Assembly (NCBI RefSeq): GCF_009914755.1
Contig: NC_060932.1
Direction: 5' to 3' (one strand)
DNA from: the human T2T-CHM13v2.0 reference genome, Homo sapiens
Length of the DNA: 64,000 nt
This document shows, one piece after another, positions 1-14,249 of this stretch. Below the pieces are notes generated by a model, which saw only the letters and a program-made list of their open reading frames with translations, made no database searches and was not told the origin of the DNA. Both the position numbers and the translations under genes were made by a program. Positions within the stretch are counted from its first letter, which is position 1, and every line of letters starts with the position of its first letter.

Positions 1-35
1 CTTAAAGTATAATAAAAAATAAAAATAAAGAAATA
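1..35 (+). mobile_element. 3' terminus and A-rich tail of an L1PA element (body lies upstream of window)
   Basis: CTTAAAGTATAATAAAAAA is the canonical L1PA 3' end; same motif ends the L1 at ~58782. Confidence 0.75.
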
Positions 36-769
36 GGTATTTTACCCATTATGTCCTCTAATCTGATTCTGTCTTTTTATAGCTTGCAGGACACAGAGCA
101 ATGATTTAGCTAAAAGCAAGGGTTATGTGAATTTGCAGCTTCAGCAACTAGCAGTTCTGGAAGATGCTTCCAGCAGGTGCACCCTCATCCTGAGAAGATT
201 TAGTCAAGGCATGGTTGCCTAGATTGTTGACACCTGGTGTTTATTACAGCAAATTTTCAACTAAGATTAATGCCAAAAGAGAAGACTGGGTTTAGGCAGA
301 TGCATTACACTGTGAGCATGCGTAGACCCCACATTTTCCAGCTGCACTGCACATATTCAAGTACTACCCACACTACTACAACTCCATCCAGTCCTCAGGG
401 GGCATATAAGTTCAAGATGCTCTGAACTTATATGCCCCCCAGGAGACCTGTTGTGTTGAGAAACTAAAAGGAAGTAAAAAGGGAGATTTAAAATATCAAA
501 TGCCTTACTACTTGTTGTGTTACTGTTCATCGGATGTAATTTAAAATGAAAATCCAAGGACTTTTCTCTTCACTATGACAGGCTCTGGGGAAATTCTTAA
601 ATAGAAAACATGAAGCAAACCCAAGTAAAGAGCCTAAGAGAAAAAAGATATAAAGAAAACACCAAACAGAAGTTCAGTGAAAGAAGAGAAACTGTAAGGA
701 AACAACAGTGAGATTTTATAGAATGGCTGTAATTGAGAGAAGAAAGGCAATTTGAAAAACCTTGGTTAT

Positions 770-945
770 TTCTTCATAAAACAAACATTTATTAAACATG
801 TACTATGTGTCAAGCACTATGCTAGGAATCCTGAAAGAGCTCACCTAGTGAAGGAGACAGAAAACAGGCAATTATAAAACAGAAAGGGAAATTTTGTAAC
901 ATGGATAAGTAAAAACAGGATGATGTGGAAAGGGTCAGGGGTGGA
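770..945 (-). mobile_element. L2 fragment
   Basis: CAAACATTTATTAAACATGTACTATGTGTCAAGCACTATGCTAGG resembles antisense L2 3' end. Confidence 0.6.
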
Positions 946-952
946 GGAACAC

Positions 953-1303
953 TGTCAAACCCATTTTGTATTGCTATAATAGAATGACACAGACTGGGTG
1001 ATTGATAATGAACAGAAATGTATTGACTCACAGTTCTGGAGGCTGTGAAGTCCAAGATCAAGGGGCCGGCATCTGGTGGGGGCCTTCTGTTTCATCATCC
1101 CATGGCAGAAGGCAAAAGGGGAAGAGAGAGCAAGAGATCAAACTGCCAGCCTCAAGCCCTTTTATAATCAGCATTAATTCATTCCTGAAGGCAGGGCCCT
1201 CATGGCCTAAACACCTCCCATTAGACCCTACATCCCAACAGTGTTGCATTCGGGATTCAGTTTTCAGCACATGCTTTTGGGAGCACACATTCAAACAATG
1301 GCA
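953..1303 (-). mobile_element. MaLR solo LTR (MSTC/MSTD-like)
   Basis: CTCACAGTTCTGGAGGCTG..AAGTCCAAGATCAAG and terminal CACATTCAAACAATGGCA match antisense MST LTR. Confidence 0.85.
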
Positions 1304-1530
1304 GGCACCTAGCTCTGTGGACTTACAGAAGCAAGAAGATTAACTCAAAAAAGCAAATGACGGTAAATGGAAAAGGGAGATAGATAGAGCTGTGCCTTCT
1401 AGACCAGGTGCAGCCATTCCTTGCTGCTGGGACCTGGAACAAGTCACTCCTCTTACTTCTCCCATACTTCAAAGAAGGTTCTTCGGCTATGTGATTAGCC
1501 TGGGAACTCTATGAACCCTATGAGCAGACA

Positions 1531-2172
<642 letters not shown>

Positions 2173-2364
2173 CCTCACCTCATCTTCTGCTCCACATGTA
2201 CACACTCCTCTCTGCTCTCTAGCACACTGGGGAATTAGAATAAGAAAGCAACCAGATCATGGGATCTGCTGAAAGGACTCCTCAACACTCCCTCTTCCAC
2301 CCAGCTCACTCACTGTACAACTTGAAAAACAAGAGGGGAAAAGGCCAAGGCCCTAGCAAAGCCA

Positions 2365-2495
2365 GCACATCAGACAGCATGGTAGAATGGAGACAGTACT
2401 CCATAGGACGTCTGAAGCAGGATTCCAGTGTTGATTTTGCCACTATTATGTGACCTAAGCCTCAGTTGTCTTATTTATAAGAGGAATGGTTAGGT
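2365..2495 (+). mobile_element. MIR fragment
   Basis: GCATGGTAGAATGGA...TGTGACCTAAGCCTCAGTTGTCTTAT MIR core-like. Confidence 0.55.
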
Positions 2496-2499
2496 TAGA

Positions 2500-2722
2500 C
2501 CAAGAGGCAAACCTCTGCACTCAGATCAAATCCCTACCACTTCCTGGTTTTGCAAATAAAGTTTTGTTAGAACACAATCATGCCCACTCATTTCCATATT
2601 GTTTACAGCTGCTTAAGTGCCACAACAGCAGAGTTGGGTAGTGATGATAGAGCCCCCTATGGTTCACAAAGCCTAAAATATTTACCATCTGGCCCTTTAC
2701 AGAAAAAATTTGCCAACCTCTG
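2500..2722 (+). mobile_element. MER58A-like hAT-Charlie DNA transposon
   Basis: GCAAATAAAGTTTTGTTAGAACAC...AAGCCTAAAATATTTACCATCTGGCCCTTTACAGAAAAAATTTGCCAACCTCTG. Confidence 0.85.
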
Positions 2723-2889
2723 GGCTAGACCACAGAACTATAAGAGCCAAAAAAATAGAGACTGTGTTTTGTTCACCACCATGTCCCCCGCACTTCGAAC
2801 TGTGCCTGTCACATAGTAGGTATTCAATAAATATTTGAATAATTCAGAGGTTTTCAAGCTGCTTCACTGAGTCCTTAAGTAGGTCAAAT

Positions 2890-3150
2890 AATAATAGCAG
2901 TAGCTGATAGAAAGTACCAAATGCAAAACATTATTCTAAGCTTAACTTACATTAAGTCCTTCCTTTAATGCTTAGCAAAACCCTATGAGATAGCTTCTAT
3001 TATATCATCCCCACCATAAGATGGATAAACTGAGGCACAAAGAGGTTAAATGACTTGCCTAGTTCCATAAGGAGGAAAAACTTGGGACCCGAACCCAAGC
3101 AGTCTGACACCACAATTTATTCTTTTAACCACCGCATCACACTGCCTCTC
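2890..3150 (-). mobile_element. MIR
   Basis: AAACTGAGGCACAAAGAGGTTAAATGACTTGCC antisense MIR core. Confidence 0.8.
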
Positions 3151-4599
3151 AACTGCTCAGAGAGACTAAAGTGGCTACTATTTTATCTGTTTCATCTGTT
3201 GGCTTCTACATACACGTTTCTGTAAAGAAGGGATATGTGGATTTTTTAAAATATGAAAACTACTGAACTCAATCTAATTAAGTCACTTTCCACCTTTACA
3301 TTCTAAAATCTCCTTCTAACAAGAGCTACTCTAAAGAAAAAATTTAATGAAATTACAACCCGCATCCCTGATCTTCCCTCTTCTCTTCACATCCCAAAAG
3401 ACAACCTTGCAAGGGTCCACTACAGGAGACTCACCCCCAACTGCAGAAAAGGAGAAGGCTAATTGCTTCTGAAAGAAAGAGTAGCTCAAAAAAATCAATT
3501 GCAACTTTTATGTCCATTGTGCTTTCCAAAAAAATATAGAAAGAAAGAGAATCAAAGGGATTCAAAATCTAATCTAACTTTTAATTGCTTCACTTTTTGC
3601 AAAAGCTTAGAGGATGAGCTGGAAAGGTGACGACACATGCAGAATCCCAAAGATCAGCTCTGCAATTCCAAGGCTGCTGCTCTCAGCCCTGAACTGCTCT
3701 TACCCTTCAGCATGTGAGCACATGTTTTCCAACACAGAGACATCAATAAGTCAAGCCAAGGATAATCCCTAGGTCATTAATTAAACCCTGTGTACAGGCA
3801 TGCACACGATATCATCATACATAGCATACGGAGCCATAAACACTATGTGGAACCAGCAACTATAAATTATGAGTGTATAATTCCCTTGAGCTTCATAAAC
3901 CACAAAAATGAAGCTCAAGTGGTTTGTGTAGTCATTTGAATCCCAGAAGGAAATACAGCACCGCGATTCAAAAGTTGCTTATTGTTTATTTTTTTATAAT
4001 GGATGGATCCTACTTCTCAATTCACGTGTGCCCTCCTCCCACTGGAGCCATCCATCCGCACACTGACTTGCCCTGTCAGCCATCCCCTCCCAGCCTGACT
4101 CCCTGCAAAGCTCTCCCCTCTGAACAGAAAAGGTCCCTCCATGGCAGGACAGAAACAGCAGCCTGGTGGGAGTTTTGGTCTGCTTGTCATCTCATTAGCA
4201 AATTTTAATAATTCACGAGAGAAATGTAATTCTTGTGAATAATCAATAGCTTTTTGCACAGAATGCAGCATATTTAACATGCCATGTATTATGACACACA
4301 GACTTGGGAAAACAATGAGAATTCAGCACTGATTTCTTTGTTAAAGTATTATTTTAAATAATTTCTTTCCATTCCCCTGTCCTCAAAGTCCTCAATTCTC
4401 CATTCGGAACTATTCTATCCTTTCCCTGAACTCTATACATTTATCCACTTATTAACCTAACTATGAGAAATCAAATATTTAATGATCATTGGCTATGTGC
4501 TGAGAAATGTGCAGAATCAGAAGGAAGTTTTCTTCTCTCAAGAGTGTGTGATCCAGTAGAAGAAATAAAATGAAATAAAGATACTCGGCAGGGGAAAGA

Positions 4600-4950
4600 G
4601 CATGGGAACTGGAGTCAGGTGAAGCAAGGGTGCATTTGATTTCTGCTGTTTCTGAACTGTGTGGTATCAGATATGCCACTTGGTTTCTCTGATAGTGATT
4701 TTCTCATCTGAATACATGAAAACGGTAACATTTGTCTTTCTGGGTTGCCGTGAGAGTTGATGAAACGTGCTCCTTCCTAGCTATGTGTCCTTGGGAACAT
4801 TGCGCAACTGCCCAGTGTCTCCATTTTCTCCTCTGGGGATAATAAGTGTTCGTCTCATGACGTTATTCTCAGGATTAGATGTGTTACTACATGTAAAGCC
4901 TTGAGAACAGTGCCTAGGTTCATGGTAAGTGCTCAATCAGTGTTAGTGGC
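4600..4950 (+). mobile_element. Two adjacent MIR fragments
   Basis: TTCTCATCTG, TGTAAAGCCTTGAGAACAGTGCCTAGG...GTAAGTGCTCAAT. Confidence 0.7.
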
Positions 4951-5068
4951 TATGGCTGCTGCTGTACATGAAGTGCCTATTCCATAACACTTAGTAGGTG
5001 TTCAATAGCATTATAAAATAATATCAGCAATAAATGAGACAATTAATGATTTCATACCAAATTCTTAG

Positions 5069-5186
5069 CAGAGACGAGGTCTCGCTTTGTTGTCCAGGCT
5101 GGTCTCAAACTCCTGGGCTGAAGCGATCCTTCTGCCTTGCCCTCCCAAAGTCCTGGGATTACAGATGTAAGCCATCACTTCTGGCC
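5069..5186 (-). mobile_element. Alu left monomer (FLAM/AluJ fragment)
   Basis: CAGGCTGGTCTCAAACTCCTGGGCT...CCTCCCAAAG...GGGATTACAG. Confidence 0.85.
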
Positions 5187-5214
5187 TGAAAAATCTTTCA
5201 AAAGTTTAAAAACA

Positions 5215-5700
5215 CCCCCAAAAAAGTGAAGGCAGAGACCCAAACAGGTGTGTGTACACCCATGTTCACAGATGAATGGATAAATAAAAGGTGGTACGTA
5301 CAATGGAAAATTATTCAGTCTTGTAAAGGAAGGGAATTCTGCAACATAGATGAAACTTGCTAAGCTATTAACACAGGTGAACCTTGAAGACATTATGCTA
5401 AGTGAAAGAAGCCAGTCACAAAATGGCAAATATTATATGTTTCCACTCATATGAGGTACCTAGAGCAGTCATAGAGACAGAAAGTAGAACAGTGGTTGCC
5501 AGGGGCTGGGAGAAGGGGGAAACAGAAAGTTCTCATTTAATGGGTGCAGAGCTTCAATTGCGGAAGATAAAAAAGTGTTTGATATGGACAATGGTCAAGG
5601 TTGTACAACATTGTGGCTGTACTTGATGCCACTGAACTGTACACCTTAAAATGATCACAATAATACCTTTTATCTTATGTAAATTTTATTATCCAAAACA
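5215..5700 (+). mobile_element. Old L1M (L1MB/MC-like) 3' end
   Basis: GAACCTTGAAGACATTATGCTAAGTGAA...GTGGTTGCCAGGGGCTGGG...GCCACTGAACTGTACAC. Confidence 0.85.
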
Positions 5701-6221
5701 AATTTTAGAAACAGAAGTACTGTAAAGAGGACCATAGACATCTAGGCAAGCTGTTTCAAGCAGGTGGCTTAAGAATCACACCTTAAAAGATAGGAAGATC
5801 TGGGAAAATGGCACATTCCTACTGAGGGAAACCTCAGTGAGGGCCCAGGCGCCAGAAGGAGCAAACTGGCAGGAGGTGGGCCTGGTGGGAGCTGAGGTCC
5901 TCTGCTGGGAAGATAAGAACCATGGTTGGCCCAACCAGGCTCCAGCCACCCCTCTTTCCCACCCTTCTCACTTGCAGCCCCTCCTATTCATCCCGAGCTA
6001 ACCTGTAAAATCATGCCAGCTCTGTATTTGGTGGCCTTTTATCTCTCTTCACACACTTCCTTCTTCTTGGAAAAATCCCCTTTATCTGATAAATTCCACT
6101 CCCTCAAGACCAGATTCTAAGGGCACCTCCTTTGCAAAGCCTTCCCTGATACTGGAACTTCCTCCCTTATTAATATCTCTTTTCTCAACAAGAATCGATG
6201 CTCATCAAAAGTGAGGCTTGT

Positions 6222-6901
<680 letters not shown>

Positions 6902-9114
6902 TGATTCTCAGTAAGTGCATGTGGAGGACACGCATCATGGAGAAGCCAAGTATTAGAGTTGAGACTTGACGCACTGGATACCAGTTAATTTAGGGAAGAT
7001 GATGATATGATGGGGGTGGAGAAAAGATAAATCCAAAAACAAATACATTGAGTGAACTGGAAGGGAAAGAGACTGAGGTTGGGGAAGCAAACTAGGAGGA
7101 TCATGCCTGAGTCCAGTCAAGAAGTTATGAGGACCTAGATTACGTAATTATGATGAGAATGGAGATAAATATTTGGAAAGAAGGCTCCTACACTTAGTAA
7201 ATGATTGTGAAAAGTTGATAGCAGGGATAGATTTTTTAATGGATTAAAATGTGTGCTGTGGGCGGCTTAAATTAGATGGTCTCATCATTTAAGGCCTAGG
7301 GATTTGCAGGATAAAAATTGTTAAGAGTTCTAGTTTGAGTGAAACTGGGCTTTTGTTTCTAGGAGAAGGAAGTATACAACACAAGAGGAGAGGTTGGAGG
7401 TCTTGGCTGAACAAACACACATCATTTTCTAGGCTGCCACTCTCTCAATCTATTACATGCCCCTTTTCTTTGTTTTCCCATCTTTGAAGGGTCCTGTCTT
7501 CACCAAACAAAGAGGCTATTTTTCAAAGCTAATCCATTACCAAGACAAAACTTTAAAAAAAAAAAAAAAGACAATATGCTTAATTATATACAACATTCAA
7601 TTGGAGGAAAGTAGAATGAAATTTCCACTTAATGAACTTAACATCCTTCTTTGAGGGAAAGAGTAACCTAGTATAAACATCAGAAGGATGACTTTTAAGC
7701 CCCCTGTGTGACTTTAAACAAAGGGAGACATGTCTCTTACCTAACTTCTCCCCACTGCACCGTGCCTATGGGTCAAAACTAACTTTGGCCTTTTGCCTAC
7801 CAAAACGGACTGACCAGAAGAAGTCCAGGGCCCAAAGGACTAACGTATGCTAACAGCAATATTCCAAGGTGATTTCTAGTTTCTCTTAAGGAACATTTAT
7901 TATTATACCACTATACAACTATGACTTTGCAGAAGAAATTCTGGCTTCAGCTAATGGGAAACTCCTACAGTAAATATACATTGGTAGGGAACTCAGTAAC
8001 GTCAGAGAATCCTGATGGGGCAGAAGAAGGCTCTTATCCATGCCGCCAGGAGAAAACTGCCTGGTTGTTATCATCCTTCCAGATACAAGGGAGAAAACTG
8101 AGCCCCATCCAGCAGGCTTTCACACTCAAGTGTAGCCTGATTCACACAGACATACTACTAGTTCAATGTTATTGAGTGCCCTCAGAACACAGAAAGGCTA
8201 CCTACCCATGGTCACAAAGCTATGGGAAAATAAGCAGAATGGTTTAACAATTAAATCAGTGCTATGTCAATGTTAGTCTTCCTTGGGGAAAAATTATTTC
8301 TCAGACAATCAACATATAATTTTAGATGGCTGGGCTACCCGCCGACCGATAATAGAGATTTTCACAAAATTCAAGTCATAAAACTCCAGGAAATGAAATA
8401 AAAAGGCAAGGTAAATCACCATCAGTTTATTTATGTTATTCATACCATTCTAATTGTAAAACTCGATCTAAAGATGATAATACCAGCAGGGTTACAAAGG
8501 TTCCATCTCAGTGCTCCCCACTGTGTCCAAAGACACATGTGCTCATACACGCATTCCCTCCGCAAACAATGAGAAGCTCAGCTAGTCTCCCTAGAAGACA
8601 ACAAACACAGAGTGTTTCTTCCCCTCCCCACCCTGGATTAATAACAGCCTAGACATTAGCCTCAGGATTTTACACAAGCCTAGGAGAGCATCGCCCAATT
8701 GCTCTCTCCCAGAAAATACAAACAAGACTCATAGAATGTAATTCTGGAAAAGACTCATTGGTTTCCAAATGCCAGTCCTAGGACCCATGACCATATAAAA
8801 TAACTCTTTTTATTAGCCCAAGAAAAAGCAAGAAAAATAAGGACAATGTGATGAGTTTTCCAGAAGGTAAACTTTGAATTCAAAGGACTGTCTTTTTTCT
8901 GATAATATATGCTTCTCATATTTTATGTATTTGAATGTCATTTTATGTATAAAATGAAGGTAATACACTAAATTGTTTATGTCCTTACTAAATACAATTT
9001 GTCAATTCTCAAACATTGCTCTTGCGTGTGACTAGTTGGTGAGATTTAAAAGATTGGGAACCACTTGTTTTGTCCAGCTCTCTTTTTTTGTTTCTTCATT
9101 TTTTTAAAAATTTT

Positions 9115-9310
9115 GGGCCCAGCCAGGGCAACACAGTGAGACTCCACCTCTACAAATAAATAAATAAATAAATTAGCTGGCATGGTGGTGCACGTCTGCA
9201 GTGCTGAGGTGGAAGGATCACTTGAGCCCAGAAGGTCGAGGCTGCAGTGACCCATGATCACACCACTGCACTCCAGCCCAGGTCAAAGATGGAGACCCTT
9301 TCTCAAAAAA
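9115..9310 (+). mobile_element. Partial AluJ
   Basis: GGATCACTTGAGCCCAGAAGGTCGAGGCTGCAGTGA; short A tail. Confidence 0.85.
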
Positions 9311-10838
9311 AGGCGGGGCGGGGCCTGAGTAAAGAGAGTTGAGCTAGTAACACTCCTGGGCCCACAGCACTCTGTTGTCATAAGTGAACACAGTGCTCCC
9401 TCTCCTATATTATATTTCCCCTTCATCTCTGATCCACACTCATAAGTAACCACTTCATAGTGATGAATGGAAAAGATATGCAACAGTCTATGTACATTGA
9501 AAGCATATTTACATGCAAAAAGCATAATGTATTTTTATGTATTCATACAAATCTAAGCACCTATGTCAGCATTCTCATTTTAAGAATGAAGCAACTGAGG
9601 ATCAGGGAAGTCAACTGACTTGCCCATGGCCACAAGAAGGTCAGGTCAAAGCTGAGCTAAAACCTAAGCCATCTTGTACTCTCTGTTTTTCAATAAAATC
9701 TTTGGCTATTTCTCTAAATAAAAACACAAACATACACTCTTTTTAAAAAGATGGAAAAAAATGAAATTAATCACAAACATTCATGAAAATATCCGTAAAA
9801 TCCCAAAGCAAAAACTATGAGTCTAGCTATTTCTAAAAGGTTCTGACAGTCACTTGAAAGGTCTTATGGACTTCATCAATCTAGGATATTGTGAGTTAGA
9901 AGACAATTTATTAGGCATATTTTTAAGAACCCTCCCCATGTTATTTACATAAATCCCTTATAGGTAGGTCTTTAGAGGTGTTTTTGAAAAAAAAATGTGA
10001 GGGGCATATTAATCACAACAATCTAGAAACTTGTCTAGGATGATGTTCTGAGCTCACCTTGGCACTTCCAAGCCTGGCATCTCCTTTCCAGATCCCAAAA
10101 AAAAGCAATTTTCTCAAGTCCCTGGTGGGGGGATCGGCATGCAAAATTGCCTCCTTCATTTACATCAGTGTCTGTCAGAATCTATTGAGACTCTGCCATG
10201 GGTATATCCTGCAGAAGCTATAGGCTGAGGCATTGAATAATCTTTTTGCACACTCATATTAGAATTAATGAAGTGACTGATTCTATTATATGCTCCTAAA
10301 ACATTTTCTTTGTCACTTCCAAGTATACATTGTAGGGTAATTTTATTGAACTGTTCAAAAAATTACTATAAAATAGCATCCAGTTTCCACAAGCCCTTCA
10401 TCCACAAGAAACAATGCATTCATTGATGGGCTCCCTGCCTCTGTAGGCTCTGGCAAAGGAAATCACTGGAGACTTATTTATTTTATAGTGAACAGTGAGG
10501 AGGGGACACCACTTTTAATTTGGAGATTCCAAATTTAAATGGAATGCCCTCCAAAAACTAGTAACCAATTCTATTACCTAACAGAGTCCCACAATATATC
10601 ACCGTAAGTCTGTAAAGCCAACAGCATCCTTAAACAGCCACATTATCTCAAGAGCTTTAGTACTCTTTGGTTGAGAAGTGTCCCAAGAATTAGGTTCTCC
10701 AGTCACCAACCTGAGACTAACACTGTACAGTTTATTTCAGCATAAGTGATGATAGTTACGCAGCAAGGCTGGCTTTCAGTACCATATGAAATAACTTCCT
10801 TGTTTATACTATTTACATCTAGCATTAATTGTAGCATC

Positions 10839-11224
10839 TGATATGGTTAGGCTCCCTGTGTTCCCACCCAAATATCTTGAATTGTAATCCCCATAATCCC
10901 TATAATGCCCACGTGTCAAGGGAGAGACCAGGTGGAGGTAATTGAATCATGGGGATCATTTCCCACATGCTGTTCTCATGACAGTGAGTGAGTTCTCATG
11001 AGATCTGATGGTTTTATAAGGGGCTCTTCCCACTTCACTCTGCTCTTCTCCTTCCTTCCGCCTTATGAAGAAGGTGCCTTGCTTCCCCTTCACCTTCCAC
11101 CATGATTGTGAGTTTCCTGAGGCCTTCCCAGCCATGGGGAACTGTGGGTCAATTAAACCTTTTCCTTTATAAATTACCCAGTCTCAGTCAGTTCTTTATA
11201 GCAATATGAAAGCAGACTAATAAA
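10839..11224 (+). mobile_element. THE1D-like MaLR solo LTR
   Basis: TGATATGGTTAGGCT start; CAATTAAACCT..TTTATAAATTACCCAGTCTC..GACTAATA end. Confidence 0.9.
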
Positions 11225-11934
11225 CTATCCTACTCCTTTCTGTGAACCACTCTGATCTTGGTAGGACTATACATCTATTAAAATGCTTTTTGCTTTGATT
11301 CACCCTTCTTACCCTAATGAAGTGTGCTTTAGTCTCTTATACATTGCTTCCACTGTATTTGTATAAGACAAATCTTCAGATACAGTATTCTACCTTTTAA
11401 AAGACAAAATGTCTACAAAAATTTTTTAAAAATACAAATAGTCTTCAAAGTGAACATATTTCAAAACTTTCTCATACAACTTGATTAGTTTACTATAACC
11501 ACATAATCACTAATCTGGCCTCTATACCATTTAAGAAAGAATGTCTCAGTGCCTGTCTACTTTTACCCTTTATTGGAAGGAAGGAAAGAAGGGAGGGAGG
11601 GAAGGAGGAACCTGCTGGAATAAAATTATTTTCCCAAGACAAAAATATGTCACAAAACAGAAAAGGCAAACTTAGACAACAGAAAAAAAAAACTACTGCA
11701 TTGAGTTAAAAGTTATTCTGTAGATAGAATTAAATATATCAATCAGAATTAATGAGGAGTTTCTTTCCATCTAGTTTATCACAAATAACAGTACACAAAA
11801 TATGTATATATGTATATGTATGTATGTGTGCAGATGTGCATGTATACACACATTCCAGTTTTCTCTATACTATAGCCACAGTCCAAACCAAAGCACTGGA
11901 GTTATCCTTCATATTTCATATCTACTAAGATCTA

Positions 11935-12305
11935 CCAGTTCTGTGACCTTGAGTAAGTTACTTGTGACCTTGACAGTAACTTAGGATCTCTGAACTTCAG
12001 TTTCCTTATCTATTAAAAAAAATTATCCTGGCATAGTAGTACATGTCTGTAGTCCCAGCTATTCAGAAGGCCGAGGTAGGAGGATTGCTTGAGCCCAGGA
12101 TTTCAAGATTACAGTGAGCTGTGATCATGCCACTATACTCCAGCCTGGGTGACAGAGCAAGATTCTGCCTCTTTAAAACAACAAAAACAAAAACAACAAC
12201 AACAAAAAAAGATTACAGTTATTCCTAGCTCATGAGTCACTGTGAGGATCATATGAGATAATGCTGGCCCAGTGCTGGCATGTAGTTAAGATTGTAAGTG
12301 CTAGC
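11935..12305 (+). mobile_element. MIR interrupted by an Alu right monomer (~12020-12210)
   Basis: TGTGACCTTGAGTAAGTTACTT..CTTCAGTTTCCTTATCT, Alu monomer with CAA-rich tail, then MIR resumes. Confidence 0.75.
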
Positions 12306-12306
12306 C

Positions 12307-12357
12307 ATCATCATCATCATCGCTATTACTGTTATCACCATCATTGTCATCATCATC
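12307..12357 (+). repeat. Imperfect (CAT)n microsatellite
   Basis: CATCATCATCATCATC...CATCATCATCA. Confidence 0.8.
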
Positions 12358-13855
12358 AGACTACAGTTAGAACCTAGACTACCAAAGAGAGTGGTGTGTT
12401 TGAGAAAAATGCTCCAGGGAAATTCTTCTCCATGCCTTCCTGCTCTCAGCTACCCTGTCTTGAGACAGATAAATTCTCCAAGTATATAGGTTGGTTACTG
12501 TCTCAAAGAGAAGTGCCAAATCCTTTGGAGAATGCCTGTAGACATGACACAGTGATTTATATAGTGCTCCCTAAGAATATCACTAGTGATGCTACTGAAT
12601 TTAGAAAGTCAGCAAGTCACTCCAGTTATCAGTGGACAAATCTCTGTTAAGGGTGGCTCATATATAACTCACCATACTAGAGTCAATAGCCTACACCAAA
12701 AAAAATACAAGGCATGGGCTGTGTTCTCAAAGACATTAGAAACCACCTGCACAAGTTAGGAACATAAGATACATACTTAACTAGTAGTACATAGCAACAT
12801 AAAGTAAATATGTGCCACATTGTGGATGTGATTAGTCAGGAAGTGCTCTCCAACGTAGACAGAACTCAATATTAACCTTGAAGGAGTCAAAATAAGGCAC
12901 TGGTAGGAGCTAACGACCCTTATCTCATTTAATCCTCATACCAACACTTCAAAGATGATACATTTAGCCACATTTTACGCATGAAGAAAGTGAGGAGCAG
13001 ACATGTAAAGTCATCTGCCTACAGAGACACTAATGAGAACTAGAATAGTGACTTAAAGCTAGGGTTTTCACCCCAGCCTCCAACTATGTCATCCTGGGGA
13101 CACTTCAGTCATCACCTTGAGTGAATTACACCAGCATCTAATAATGGCAACTGCAGTTTGCACATGGTCTCTTCTTCCTCAAGTTTGTTCTTGTCTTTTG
13201 AAAAGTTAGACTAGCGTTGACCTAATGTCTAAGTATATCAAAAGAATAAATGCAGCAAATGTTGTAGAAGACCATTAAGAAAGATTGGTTATAACCAAGA
13301 AATGGTTAGTTATGACCAGAGCCACTTAGATAGTTTTTCTAGGATCAGCCCACCTCTCTCTCCTGGGGTACTAGAGGCAGGTGGAATACTCTATTTGAGC
13401 TGCTTTACCACCTTTTTGAGCCTCTTCCTTTTCCCTCATGCCCCTAACATCAGAGAAGAGAACATCAGAGTAGGGAATCAGACATCGAATGCCTGCTTTG
13501 AAGGCAGGATGTATGTCCCCTAACTGTATGCCTTGTCATGCATTTCCCCATGGGATAGAAACCCAGACTGGTGCACACAAATTGCTGATCTTTCTTCAAA
13601 TCCAATTTCCCCCCATTCTGAACAATCTTAAACTAGGATGCTCATGGGAAAATAAACAGAAACTACCGATGGCCCAGGGGGGCCTGCAGGGTCATGATTC
13701 CTGACTTCTCTGTTTCTGCATCCACAGCTTTTTTAGCATTCACTAACCATGTGAGTCAAAAGCCACATTACCAACTCCAAGCAAAGCTGCAACATCAGGA
13801 GTGGCTGCCCCTCTCCTGCAGGCCACTGCCAGACTTAAAAATTGGTGAGCAGAAG

Positions 13856-13911
13856 AATGAAATAGAATGGAATGAAGAAAGGAACAGAATAGAATAGAAT
13901 AGAATAGAATA
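13856..13911 (+). repeat. (GAATA)n pentanucleotide repeat
   Basis: GAATAGAATAGAATAGAATAGAATAG with degenerate 5' copies. Confidence 0.85.
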
Positions 13912-14249
13912 GGTTTTCATCCTTCCAGACATATAAGCCTCTTTTATTAAGTAGAAATAAAATATATTAAAACTATATGAAAACAATGCCTCATAATCTT
14001 GTCATATATTCTTTTTTTTTCTTGTCATTCATGTTACAAACAGCATAGATATCTTTAGCCTAAAATGACATGATTTGGGAGTAGGTAAAATGTCACACAA
14101 TTCTTCCTAAGAAAAGATAAATGATTGTGGAAATAGAAAGGCGTGGATACAGAGGAAATGTAATTTTCCTCTTTTTTTTTTAAGGGAGATAAAGAGAGAG
14201 AGAGGAAAAGAAACAAAGAAACGTTGCCGGAGTCCTCAGTGACCCACAC

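Noticed and set aside
1002-1343. 113-aa ORF and opposite-strand ORFs
   Set aside because: Lie within an MST LTR
13856-13911. HSAT2/3 (GGAAT) satellite
   Set aside because: Only ~55 bp and mostly GAATA; simple microsatellite
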